DNA of 13,330 nt from Candidatus Micrarchaeota archaeon (lineage in GTDB: Archaea; Micrarchaeota; Micrarchaeia; Norongarragalinales; SBBD01). The DNA is taken from positions 1-13,330 of the forward strand of contig JBDRLB010000009.1 in NCBI GenBank assembly GCA_043813365.1, read 5' to 3'. Positions within the stretch are counted from its first letter, which is position 1. Every line of letters starts with the position of its first letter. Below are positions 1 to 7,810 of this stretch, in pieces. Made by a program: the position numbers and the translations under genes. The notes beneath the pieces are model-generated. The model ran no database searches and had not been told where the DNA came from. It saw only the letters and a program-made list of their open reading frames with translations.

Positions 1-77
1 CCGATTGCTCGTTCCCCCTATGCGCAAAGCGATGAGAACGCCTATTAATTCCGATTTTGCATTTTAAATAAGTTCGG

Positions 78-881
78 TCAGCGCCTTTTTGCCTTCCTTT
101 GCACCCAATCCAGCGCCATGAACATCCATGACCCAATTTCAACAAACTCCTTCTCAGCTGCCTTAAGCAGATTCCGCTTCAGGAAATAGATGTAAAACGC
201 GCCTATCAATGCACCGTAAATATGCACCATGAAATCAGATGGCGTAGATTCTTCCCTCTCTTGCCCTTCCTGGGTTATCGCGATCTTCTCTGATGTCGCC
301 TGCAAAGTCTGGTTGATTTGCATGATTACCTCGGGCGGCTTCCCCTCCTCAATCGCCTTCGTCAGCGTCATCTCCTGCGCAACCCTCTTATCCTCAAGGT
401 TCTCCTTGAAGAATTTCTCTCCATAATCCGCAGCGGGGTAAAGCACGGCTGAAATCAGTATGGGCGTCACAATCAGGAGGAAAAGCGCCTTTTTCGGCTT
501 TACGAGCATTGTTGCTGAAAGCAGCCCCGAAATCGCAGCTGAAGCGCCAATAAGCGGCACTCCCTGGTTAGTAAGCTGGAACAGCAGTGATGCGATTATC
601 CCGGAAGCGAGAAAAATCAGGAATACGTCAATCGCAACGGCCGCACTTTCAAGCACGAGCGCGAAAAGCAGCAGCGGCACGATGTTCCCTATCAGGTGGA
701 AGATGCCAACATGGATGAAAAGATGCGTGACCACCGACAATGGCTCGTTAGGGTTCAGGCTGAATTTATCCAGCCCCTCCTCAGTTATGTAGGGTGTTTC
801 CGCTGAAAGCAGCAAATAAACGATAAGTACCGTGCCTACCAACACAGTGCTTGCAAACGGGAACCTTTTCTCTTCCTTCAT
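78..881 (-). CDS. Rhomboid-family intramembrane serine protease
   Basis: Motifs HLFIHVGIFHLIGN, IGASAAISG (catalytic Ser114) and VHIYGALIG (catalytic His220); multiple hydrophobic helices; GGAGGT SD upstream on the minus strand. Confidence 0.88.
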   Translation of the reverse strand: MKEEKRFPFASTVLVGTVLIVYLLLSAETPYITEEGLDKFSLNPNEPLSVVTHLFIHVGIFHLIGNIVPLLLFALVLESAAVAIDVFLIFLASGIIASLLFQLTNQGVPLIGASAAISGLLSATMLVKPKKALFLLIVTPILISAVLYPAADYGEKFFKENLEDKRVAQEMTLTKAIEEGKPPEVIMQINQTLQATSEKIAITQEGQEREESTPSDFMVHIYGALIGAFYIYFLKRNLLKAAEKEFVEIGSWMFMALDWVQRKAKRR

Positions 882-955
882 GTGTCATTTTACCTCCCGC
901 TTGATTAAAACCTTTCCCAATCGAATGGATGTGCAGCGCTGCCCTTTGAGTATAT

Positions 956-1014
956 AAATAATCGAACATATGTCCATTAAAATATAAGAATATAGGATGT
1001 TTGTACGATTATTT
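956..1014. repeat. Imperfect 20-bp inverted repeat (candidate operator) between the divergent rhomboid and glnA genes
   Basis: AAATAATCGAACATATGTCC (956-975) versus GGATGTTTGTACGATTATTT (995-1014): 16/20 complementary, 19-bp spacer. Confidence 0.6.
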
Positions 1015-1015
1015 T

Positions 1016-1032
1016 GCAAAAGGTATTTATAG
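1016..1032 (+). promoter_or_regulatory. Putative BRE-TATA promoter of glnA
   Basis: GCAAAAGGTATTTATAG; close to the GCAAGGTATTTAAAG element upstream of the pilin at 12608-12622 (minus). Confidence 0.55.
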
Positions 1033-1107
1033 ATGCCCGCGATTCCTAATTGCGTCAAATTACCGATTGATTAGAGCAACCTTTAATGGTTTGTTTTTTG
1101 GGGTGGT

Positions 1108-2649
1108 ATGTGGATGGGGCATCTGGAAGTTGAAGCAACAACGCAGGTTCAGGGCGTAACAAGCAAGCCCTCACACATCAATTCGTTGAAATTCCTGGGC
1201 ATTTCGCCCATTAACCTGCTCGAATTCGCTAAGGAGCGCGGCGCCCTGATGGTCGATTACAAGTTCATCGACCTTCCGGGCATCTGGCAGCACAAATCCG
1301 TCCCCATTTCGCAGCTCTCAGAGGGCACGTTCGTTGATGGGGAAGGCTTCGACGGCTCCTCCATCCGCGGATTTCAGGGGATAGAGGAATCGGACATGCT
1401 GCTTTTGCCGGATGCAAAAACCGCTTTCATCGACCCGTATTCAAAGGAAGCGACGCTTTCAATCACTTGCGATGTCGCAGTTCCAGGGAAAAGCAAGGAG
1501 AGGTACCACAAGGACCCGAGGTTCATAGCACAGAAGGCGGAGCAATACTTGGCCGAAACTGGAATTGCGGATGTCAGTTATTTGGGCCCCGAGCTTGAAT
1601 TTTTCATATTCGACTCGATAAAATACCATCACGGGCAATTAAGCAGCGGCTACGAGCTTTACACCGGCGAATCCCATTTGAGCTCAATAGAGTCCGGGGA
1701 GAACGAGCGCGGCAATTTGGGACATAAAATCCGGCCAAAGGAGGGCTACTTCCCGGTTTCGCCTGCGGACACGCACAATGATATCCGTACGGACATGGTG
1801 AAGACGCTCGAAGCGACCGGCATCCATGTTGAGACGCAGCACCACGAGGTGGCTTTCGCACAGGCAGAAATCGACATGCGTTTTGATTCGCTAACATCCA
1901 TTGCGGATAAAACGATGCTCTATAAGTACGTGATCAAGAACACCGCAAAGAATTTCGGGAAAACGGCAACCTTCATGCCAAAGCCGATTTTCGGAGACAA
2001 CGGTTCCGGGATGCACGTCCACCAATCATTATGGAAAGGGGGGGAAAACCTTTTCTACGACCCCAACGGCTATGCGGAACTCTCCGAATTAGCGATGTTT
2101 TACATCGGGGGAATGCTTGAGCACGCTAATTCGCTTATGGCTTTCTGCGCTCCAACCACCAACTCGTATAAAAGGCTTGTGCCCGGCTATGAGGCGCCTG
2201 TGAACATCGCATTTTCGCAACGAAACCGCTCTGCTGCAATTCGGGTGCCAATGTATGCGCAGGGAGAGGGGAATTCGAAAAGCAAACGGATCGAGTTCAG
2301 GCCGCCCGACTGCGCTGCCAACCCCTACATCGCATTTTCAGCGATGCTGATGGCAGGCATAGATGGCATCCAGAGGAAACTTGACCCGGTTGTCTTGGGT
2401 TATGGCCCATGGGACAATAAGAACATCTACCATCTGAGCGACGAGGACAGGAAGAAGATCAAATCCGTTCCAGGCTCACTTGAGGAATCTCTCGACGCAT
2501 TGAAAAACGACCACCAATACCTGCTGAAGGGGAATGTTTTCTCGAAATCCCTGATAGAGCAGTGGATCTCCTACAAAATAGAAGCCGAAGTAGATCCTGT
2601 CAGGATAAGGCCGCATCCGTATGAGATGTTCTTATACTATGACGCATAA
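1108..2649 (+). CDS. glnA: Type I glutamine synthetase (GSI-beta-like)
   Basis: FDGSSIRGFQGIEESDM, GPELEFFIFD, HHEVA, TATFMPKPIFGDNGSGMHVHQS, NSYKRLVPGYEAP, RNRSAAIRVP, RIEFRPPD, RPHPYE. Start may be the ATG at 1114 (better spacing from GGGGTGGT). Confidence 0.97.
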   Translation: MWMGHLEVEATTQVQGVTSKPSHINSLKFLGISPINLLEFAKERGALMVDYKFIDLPGIWQHKSVPISQLSEGTFVDGEGFDGSSIRGFQGIEESDMLLLPDAKTAFIDPYSKEATLSITCDVAVPGKSKERYHKDPRFIAQKAEQYLAETGIADVSYLGPELEFFIFDSIKYHHGQLSSGYELYTGESHLSSIESGENERGNLGHKIRPKEGYFPVSPADTHNDIRTDMVKTLEATGIHVETQHHEVAFAQAEIDMRFDSLTSIADKTMLYKYVIKNTAKNFGKTATFMPKPIFGDNGSGMHVHQSLWKGGENLFYDPNGYAELSELAMFYIGGMLEHANSLMAFCAPTTNSYKRLVPGYEAPVNIAFSQRNRSAAIRVPMYAQGEGNSKSKRIEFRPPDCAANPYIAFSAMLMAGIDGIQRKLDPVVLGYGPWDNKNIYHLSDEDRKKIKSVPGSLEESLDALKNDHQYLLKGNVFSKSLIEQWISYKIEAEVDPVRIRPHPYEMFLYYDA

Positions 2650-2653
2650 TTTG

Positions 2654-3688
2654 TCAAGCTAAATCTCCTTCAAAAAGGCTTTGAAGCAGTTTGTATTCCT
2701 GATCGCTTACCGTGCGGTATTTGCCGACAACCTCCTTCAGCGGGAACGGCTTTATTTCCCCGCCCTGCATGGCTGTCATCATTCCGAATTTCTTTTCCTT
2801 TATGAAATCTACGGCAGCAGCCCCTACTCTGGATGCCATCACACGATCATAAGCGGTCGGTGACCCTCCCCGCAATAGATGGCCCATTACCATCACCCTG
2901 CTGTCCATCTTGCACTTCTCATCAATAACCTCCTTGAACGCGTGCCCCATTCCCCGATCTGTCAAGCCCACATGCCCGAAATCATCATGCTTCTCCTTCA
3001 ATTGCTTCGGAGCTTCCACCCCCTCGGAAATTGCCATCAAAGTATACCTGCCCTCCTTCTGCCTCTGCATAATCGCCCCGCAAACCTTATCAATGTCATA
3101 TTTCTTTTCCGGAATCAAAATGATGTGAGCCCCTCCGGCAATTCCCGCTCTCAACGTCAGCCAGCCAGCATGCCTTCCCATTATTTCAACGATGAACGTC
3201 CTTCCGTGGGATTTTGCAGTTGTATGCAGCCTGTCAATCGCTTCCGCAGCAATGTTCACAGCCGTATCGAAACCAATTGTGTAATCCGTCCCCATCACAT
3301 CATGGTCGACTGTTTTCGGCACTCCAACAGAAGGAATTTTGAACTCCTCGTGCAGTTTTCCTGCAACCCCGAGCGTATCCTCCCCCCCAATTGCAACGAG
3401 CGCATCCAACTCGTGCTCCTTGAACGCATCCACCACCTGCTTCGGCCCGTCCTGGAATTTGTAGGGGTTCGTCCTTGATGAGCCGAGTATCGTGCCTCCC
3501 TCGTCAAAAATATTCTCAACTTCCTTTTCCTCAATTAATTTGCTTTTCCCGCCAGCAAGCATCCCCTTCCATCCCATGTGTATGCCAACTGTTTCCCAGC
3601 CGTTCTCCTTCGCCCTGTAATAAACGGAACGGATCGCCGAATTCAATCCCGGGCAATCCCCTCCACCTGTTAGAACTCCGATTCTCAT
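2654..3688 (-). CDS. pfkA: PfkA-family 6-phosphofructokinase, group III-like, with PPi-dependent signature residues
   Basis: IGVLTGGGDCPGLN, GGTILGSSRTNP, IGGEDT, PKTVDHD, EIMGRHAGW, GHLLRGGSPTAYDR. ATG at 3688 chosen; it follows AAGTGAT, which contains the upstream stop. Confidence 0.95.
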   Translation of the reverse strand: MRIGVLTGGGDCPGLNSAIRSVYYRAKENGWETVGIHMGWKGMLAGGKSKLIEEKEVENIFDEGGTILGSSRTNPYKFQDGPKQVVDAFKEHELDALVAIGGEDTLGVAGKLHEEFKIPSVGVPKTVDHDVMGTDYTIGFDTAVNIAAEAIDRLHTTAKSHGRTFIVEIMGRHAGWLTLRAGIAGGAHIILIPEKKYDIDKVCGAIMQRQKEGRYTLMAISEGVEAPKQLKEKHDDFGHVGLTDRGMGHAFKEVIDEKCKMDSRVMVMGHLLRGGSPTAYDRVMASRVGAAAVDFIKEKKFGMMTAMQGGEIKPFPLKEVVGKYRTVSDQEYKLLQSLFEGDLA

Positions 3689-3693
3689 ATTGA

Positions 3694-4608
3694 TCACTTC
3701 TTCCTCGCTTCAAACCACAAATCAACAAACGATTTGTAGTTGCCGGCAATTTCTTCAATCGCCTGCTCCTCTGTTGCCGTCCTATTGTAATATTTCACCA
3801 ATGCATCCCAAAATACCGTCCTTCCAATCGCAAAACCGATCACTCCGGGGATGTTTGCGCCTGCAATGAGCCATTCCCTCACTTTTTCAGCTGTTTCGCC
3901 CCTACCTAGCACGATGACGCCCGCTTTCGTTCCGTTGCTTTGGCACGCTTTCACGACATCGGCCATTTCCTGTGATTTTTCCAGTCCCTCCAGCTTCCAA
4001 ACATCCGGTGCGATGTCTGCCGCCTGAATCTCCTTGACCGCGCTCACCATCAATTTCCCTCGTAACTCCTGATCGTATTTTCTCTTGTCCCCTCCGAATA
4101 AATTTAATTGGGACGGAGTGGCGGGAACAAGCAGCTCAAACATGAATTTCCTGTTTTTTGAGTGCAAATAATCGTTCAACAGCTTCAATCTCACCAATTG
4201 CCTCTGATTCATTTCCTTGTTCCCTTCGACATTCATCCTCACGAGCACCTTCCCTATTGGCGCATCGAACTTCTCAATATGCTCGCCGAATCCATCGCCA
4301 TACTCAAAATCGAACTCTTCCTGGCCGCTCTTCTCAATTGTCAATGCAAACAATATGTTATTGCTCCTCGCATCCATCAGCACTTTTTCCCCATACTGCT
4401 CGTCGCAAAGTATCCCCGCCTTTTCCTTGTATGGGCTGCCATCCATCACCTTCCTGAATCCCTGGTAAACTATCCATTTGAACCCGGAAATTTTTGCAAC
4501 CTCCTCATCCGTAAGCTGCCTCCCCTTCGCATTGAACATCTTTTCCCCGAACGTGCCGCGATGGTCGAAAGGCAGAATCAGTAAGTCCTTCGTGTACCCT
4601 ATTTCCAT
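3694..4608 (-). CDS. Stand-alone DUF2090 / IolC C-terminal-like class I aldolase (TIM barrel)
   Basis: LLILPFDHR, GILCDEQYG, FMFELLVP, PDVWKLEG (putative Schiff-base Lys), VLGRG, GFAIGRTVFW; no kinase domain attached. Confidence 0.85.
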   Translation of the reverse strand: MEIGYTKDLLILPFDHRGTFGEKMFNAKGRQLTDEEVAKISGFKWIVYQGFRKVMDGSPYKEKAGILCDEQYGEKVLMDARSNNILFALTIEKSGQEEFDFEYGDGFGEHIEKFDAPIGKVLVRMNVEGNKEMNQRQLVRLKLLNDYLHSKNRKFMFELLVPATPSQLNLFGGDKRKYDQELRGKLMVSAVKEIQAADIAPDVWKLEGLEKSQEMADVVKACQSNGTKAGVIVLGRGETAEKVREWLIAGANIPGVIGFAIGRTVFWDALVKYYNRTATEEQAIEEIAGNYKSFVDLWFEARKK

Positions 4609-4848
4609 ACGAATCCCCCCATTGTAGATTTTGAAGAAAAAGGTTAAATATGCGGCTGCTTATAATTATAGCGATGGCAATGGGAAAGTGCATTGGTGCC
4701 AATTGTGCGTTTGCAGCATACTTCATTAGCCATCACCATACCTGCTGAAGCTCTCCTAATCCGCAAGATGGGAGCTGGTTATAAAACCTTTATTCGTAAT
4801 CATGGTTGTTTCTTGGAGTGGTTAATGGATCGGTTATGGTATTTTGAT

Positions 4849-4945
4849 GGCGTGGATCGTCTAGTCTGGTCTAGGATTGGAGCCTGTGGCACTGCACATA
4901 CAGTACGGAAAGCTCTCGACGCGAGTTCAAATCTCGCTCTACGCC
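4849..4945 (+). tRNA. tRNA-His(GTG) with a 21-nt intron at 37/38, encoded G-1, no encoded CCA
   Basis: Acceptor GCGTGGA/TCTACGC plus G-1:C73; D stem GTCT/GGAT; anticodon stem GGAGC/GCTCT with GTG at 4886-4888; T arm GCGAG-TTCAAAT-CTCGC; followed by a T5 tract. Confidence 0.95.
4890..4910 (+). other. tRNA intron forming a strict bulge-helix-bulge splice motif
   Basis: CACTGCACATACAGTACGGAA: central helix CTGT/ACGG, 3-nt bulges GG^C and AA^A, inner helix ACTG/CAGT. Confidence 0.93.
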
Positions 4946-4977
4946 CTTTTTATAAATACGCAAATCAAATTGTTTCT

Positions 4978-5076
4978 TGGCGGCGGAGCCATCGCCACCT
5001 TCTTTCCAACCGGAAAGAGCCTCGCGCTCTTTGCGGCCCCGAAGACAACAAGTCTTCGTGGAGAAGGGGGCAAGGC
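4978..5076 (+). ncRNA. Putative structured RNA (three-way junction) in the hisS leader
   Basis: Nested stems 4998-5005/5060-5067, 5010-5020/5026-5036 and 5040-5046/5052-5058, found by eye; family not recognised; strand assumed. Confidence 0.4.
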
Positions 5077-5087
5077 GGGTAGTCATT

Positions 5088-6425
5088 ATGTCTGAAAAAC
5101 TGAGCGACGAACTGCTGCAGCCGGTCCGGGGAGCTAGGGATTTCTCCGGTGACGAGAAGATGCGGCGCGATGATGTAGTTGCAACGCTGAAGGGCGCATT
5201 TGAGCTTTTCGGATTCGAGCCGCTTGAAACCCCCGCGATGGAAAGGCTGGAGGTCCTGACTTCAAAATTCGCCGGCGGGGAGGAAATCCTTAGGGAGGTT
5301 TTCAAAGCGACCGACCAAGGAGGGAGAGAGCTGGGCCTGAGGTACGACCTTACTGTCCCCCTATGCAGGTTCATGGCAGCAAATCCGAGGATGCCGATGC
5401 CCTTCAAGAGGTATGCAATAGCGCATGTATGGCGAGACGGCCCGTTGAAAGCGGGAAGGTACCGCGAATTCTACCAGTGCGATGCAGATATTGTCGGTGC
5501 TGGTGGAATGATCGCGGATGCAGAACTTCTTTCCCTTGCAGCAAAGGTGTTCCGGCAGCTCTTCCCCGGAAATTTCGTGATTAAATTTGGGAACCGGAAA
5601 ATATTGGATGGCATTCTCCAATACGCCGGAATTGGACAGGAAAAATGGCTTAGCACGATTCTCATAATTGATAAGCTATCGAAAATTGGCTTGGGGGGAG
5701 TTGAAAAGGAATTGCAGAATAGCGGCATGGATAAAAAGCAGGTAGAAAAAATCGTCTCCCTGATTAGCTTGAAAGGCCGCTCCTCCGATATATTGGAAAA
5801 ATTGGGGAAGACGCTTGGCAGCGAAATCGCAAAGCAGGGAATTGCGGAAACAAAGGAGTTGCTCTCCTTCTCCGAAAGCATGGGTTTTGCAAAATATGCA
5901 GAATTCGATCCCTCCCTTGCGCGCGGCTTGAATTATTATACATCGTCCATTTTCGAAGTATACCTGCTGAAAGGGAAAATCTCATCCTCCTTGGCAGCAG
6001 GGGGGAGGTACGATGAACTCATCGGGAAATTCTCCGGTGCAAGGGAAAAAATCCCTGCAGTCGGGATCTCATTCGGTTTGGATGTTATATGCGAAGCGCT
6101 GAAGGAATTGCAACCTGAAAAGAAGAAATCGCCAAATGGATTTTTCATAATTCCTCTCACGAACGAAAAGGATTCTCGCCCGATGGAATATTCGCTTGAG
6201 CTCGCATCTGCCTTAAGGGAAAAGGGCTTCCCCTCCGCAATCGATCTCCTTTCCCGCAATTTGGGAAAAAACCTCGAGTTCACTTCAAAGAAAGGCTTCC
6301 GTTTTGCAATCATCATCGGTGACAAGGAGCTTGCAGCAGGGAAAGTAAGGTTGCGGGATCTTGTTTCGGGCGAGGAAAAATCAATTTCAGCTTCCGAATT
6401 GGGGAAAGCCGCTCAAAAGAAATAG
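5088..6425 (+). CDS. hisS: Histidine--tRNA ligase
   Basis: QPVRGARDF, LRYDLTVPL, VWRDGPLKAGRYREFYQCDAD, ARGLNYY, AGGRYD, AVGISFG and a C-terminal anticodon-binding domain. ATG at 5088 preferred over the TTG at 4977. Confidence 0.97.
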   Translation: MSEKLSDELLQPVRGARDFSGDEKMRRDDVVATLKGAFELFGFEPLETPAMERLEVLTSKFAGGEEILREVFKATDQGGRELGLRYDLTVPLCRFMAANPRMPMPFKRYAIAHVWRDGPLKAGRYREFYQCDADIVGAGGMIADAELLSLAAKVFRQLFPGNFVIKFGNRKILDGILQYAGIGQEKWLSTILIIDKLSKIGLGGVEKELQNSGMDKKQVEKIVSLISLKGRSSDILEKLGKTLGSEIAKQGIAETKELLSFSESMGFAKYAEFDPSLARGLNYYTSSIFEVYLLKGKISSSLAAGGRYDELIGKFSGAREKIPAVGISFGLDVICEALKELQPEKKKSPNGFFIIPLTNEKDSRPMEYSLELASALREKGFPSAIDLLSRNLGKNLEFTSKKGFRFAIIIGDKELAAGKVRLRDLVSGEEKSISASELGKAAQKK

Positions 6426-6459
6426 CGGTCAAAAAAGCGGCAATGTCCTTCGGCTTATT

Positions 6460-7257
6460 CTACCTAAGCACATCCTTGGAAGGCCATAGGCAAGTGCGCA
6501 ATACGTAATTCTTGGATTCGAAAGTGCCCGCATCCGTGCCTCCGATGTTTATTGACTTCTTCGTCAAGATCCGGAAAGGCGTCCTGATTACTAGCAGCTG
6601 GTCGCTCGCTATTGAAGCTTCCCCGCTCACGGACCCGCAATCGAATTCATCTTGCGCAACAGCTGGAAGGTTGGCGAACCTCGGGGAGAACATGAAATCG
6701 CTTGAATATTTTTTGTCCTTTGCATAAATTACATTATCCCCCGCCGTTATTGCCTCAGCTACCTCAGTCAAATACCTATAGCCCGAAAACGTGAACGGCT
6801 TCATTATTTCCTTCATCGCGCACCTCAATGCGGTGCGCCCCATCTGGTCGGAACTGCCGAATTTATCATCAAACGCTCCTCGCACGCCGCCGGTGTCCGA
6901 GGGGTCGAGATCTTTCTTCACCAAATCTGCAACGGAAATCTGACCTTTATACCTGCCGAGGCCCGAGCAATCAAGGGCATATTGCGGCTTGCAGTAATAT
7001 GTGCCTATTACCCCCGGAGCAGCACTCAGTTCGCGGTCATTGCAGTAGCTCTTCACTTCAGAAAGGCTCGATGCATCGATATAGTAAAGCGCCTTCGCAG
7101 TGCTTTGCAAATAGTTGGATAGGTAGGCTGTCCGGAGCACCTTGTCCTGGGCAACGGAATAGCTGTTGAAGCTTATGAAAATCAGGCTGATGGAGAAGAT
7201 TACCAATAGCATGAACATTATCCCATCAAAGAACGATGCCTGCGCCTTCAGATTCAT
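6460..7257 (-). CDS. Hypothetical membrane-anchored surface protein with class III (pilin-like) signal peptide
   Basis: MNLKA|QASFFDGIMFMLLVIFSISLIF; GGAGG upstream; Cys-containing extracellular domain. Confidence 0.75.
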   Translation of the reverse strand: MNLKAQASFFDGIMFMLLVIFSISLIFISFNSYSVAQDKVLRTAYLSNYLQSTAKALYYIDASSLSEVKSYCNDRELSAAPGVIGTYYCKPQYALDCSGLGRYKGQISVADLVKKDLDPSDTGGVRGAFDDKFGSSDQMGRTALRCAMKEIMKPFTFSGYRYLTEVAEAITAGDNVIYAKDKKYSSDFMFSPRFANLPAVAQDEFDCGSVSGEASIASDQLLVIRTPFRILTKKSINIGGTDAGTFESKNYVLRTCLWPSKDVLR

Positions 7258-7261
7258 TTTA

Positions 7262-7804
7262 TCATCTCTTCCTCCATCCTGCAATGCTGATCATGCCGAG
7301 CCCTTTCACCGATTCGCCGCATTCGACCGCTATTGGGTAGGTGAAAATTATCGCATTCCCCGAAGGGATCGTAATTGCCCTCGGGTTGCTGCTTGCAACA
7401 ACGGAATTCAGCGTCACATTCGAGCTGCAGATCCTGTCCTGTATCCCGCCCTTTTCGCGGATTTTGAAGATCTCGTCCACTGCGCCCGTAGTCTCATCCT
7501 TGTATTTCACCGGGCCGCAGTATTTTTTTAGTATGACGGCAAATTCAATCGCCCTCCTTGAGGCAGCGGGCGTGATGTCATCGTTGCATTTCGAATCGAA
7601 CTGCCCATCGGTCATGAATCCCTTTTCCGTAATAATGTAGGACATTTCGAGCGTCCCCGAACGCACCTGCAGGTAATCGTTCCGTATCTCCTGCTGCGTA
7701 TACACGTACCCAAGGGTCGCGATGAACATCAGCACTCCCGCAACAATCGGGAAAATGCTCGGGATGTCGTCTCCCAGCGGGCCAATGAAGCCTTTCATCC
7801 TCAT
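7262..7804 (-). CDS. Hypothetical pilin-like protein (possible class III signal peptide)
   Basis: MRMKG|FIGPLGDDIPSIFPIVAGVLMFIATLGYVY: basic-Gly site followed by one TM helix; tightly packed between two similar genes; start could be 7798. Confidence 0.7.
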   Translation of the reverse strand: MRMKGFIGPLGDDIPSIFPIVAGVLMFIATLGYVYTQQEIRNDYLQVRSGTLEMSYIITEKGFMTDGQFDSKCNDDITPAASRRAIEFAVILKKYCGPVKYKDETTGAVDEIFKIREKGGIQDRICSSNVTLNSVVASSNPRAITIPSGNAIIFTYPIAVECGESVKGLGMISIAGWRKR

Positions 7805-7810
7805 CAATTA

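Noticed and set aside
2879..3478. Long antisense ORFs (199 aa here; also 7874-8383 and 8473-8859)
   Set aside because: Shadow frames of well-supported genes on the opposite strand with no recognisable motifs.
4977..5087. 37-aa N-terminal extension of HisRS in the ORF track (TTG start)
   Set aside because: HisRS homology starts just after the Met at 5088; the extension coincides with the structured spacer.
4978..5087. 5S rRNA, T-box or hammerhead identity for the structured spacer
   Set aside because: No 5S conserved loops, no T-box AGGGTGGNACC consensus, and no CTGANGA core on either strand.
4693..5407. ORFs 4693-5082, 4877-5095 and 4871-5407
   Set aside because: They overlap the tRNA-His gene or are antisense to hisS and carry no recognisable motifs.
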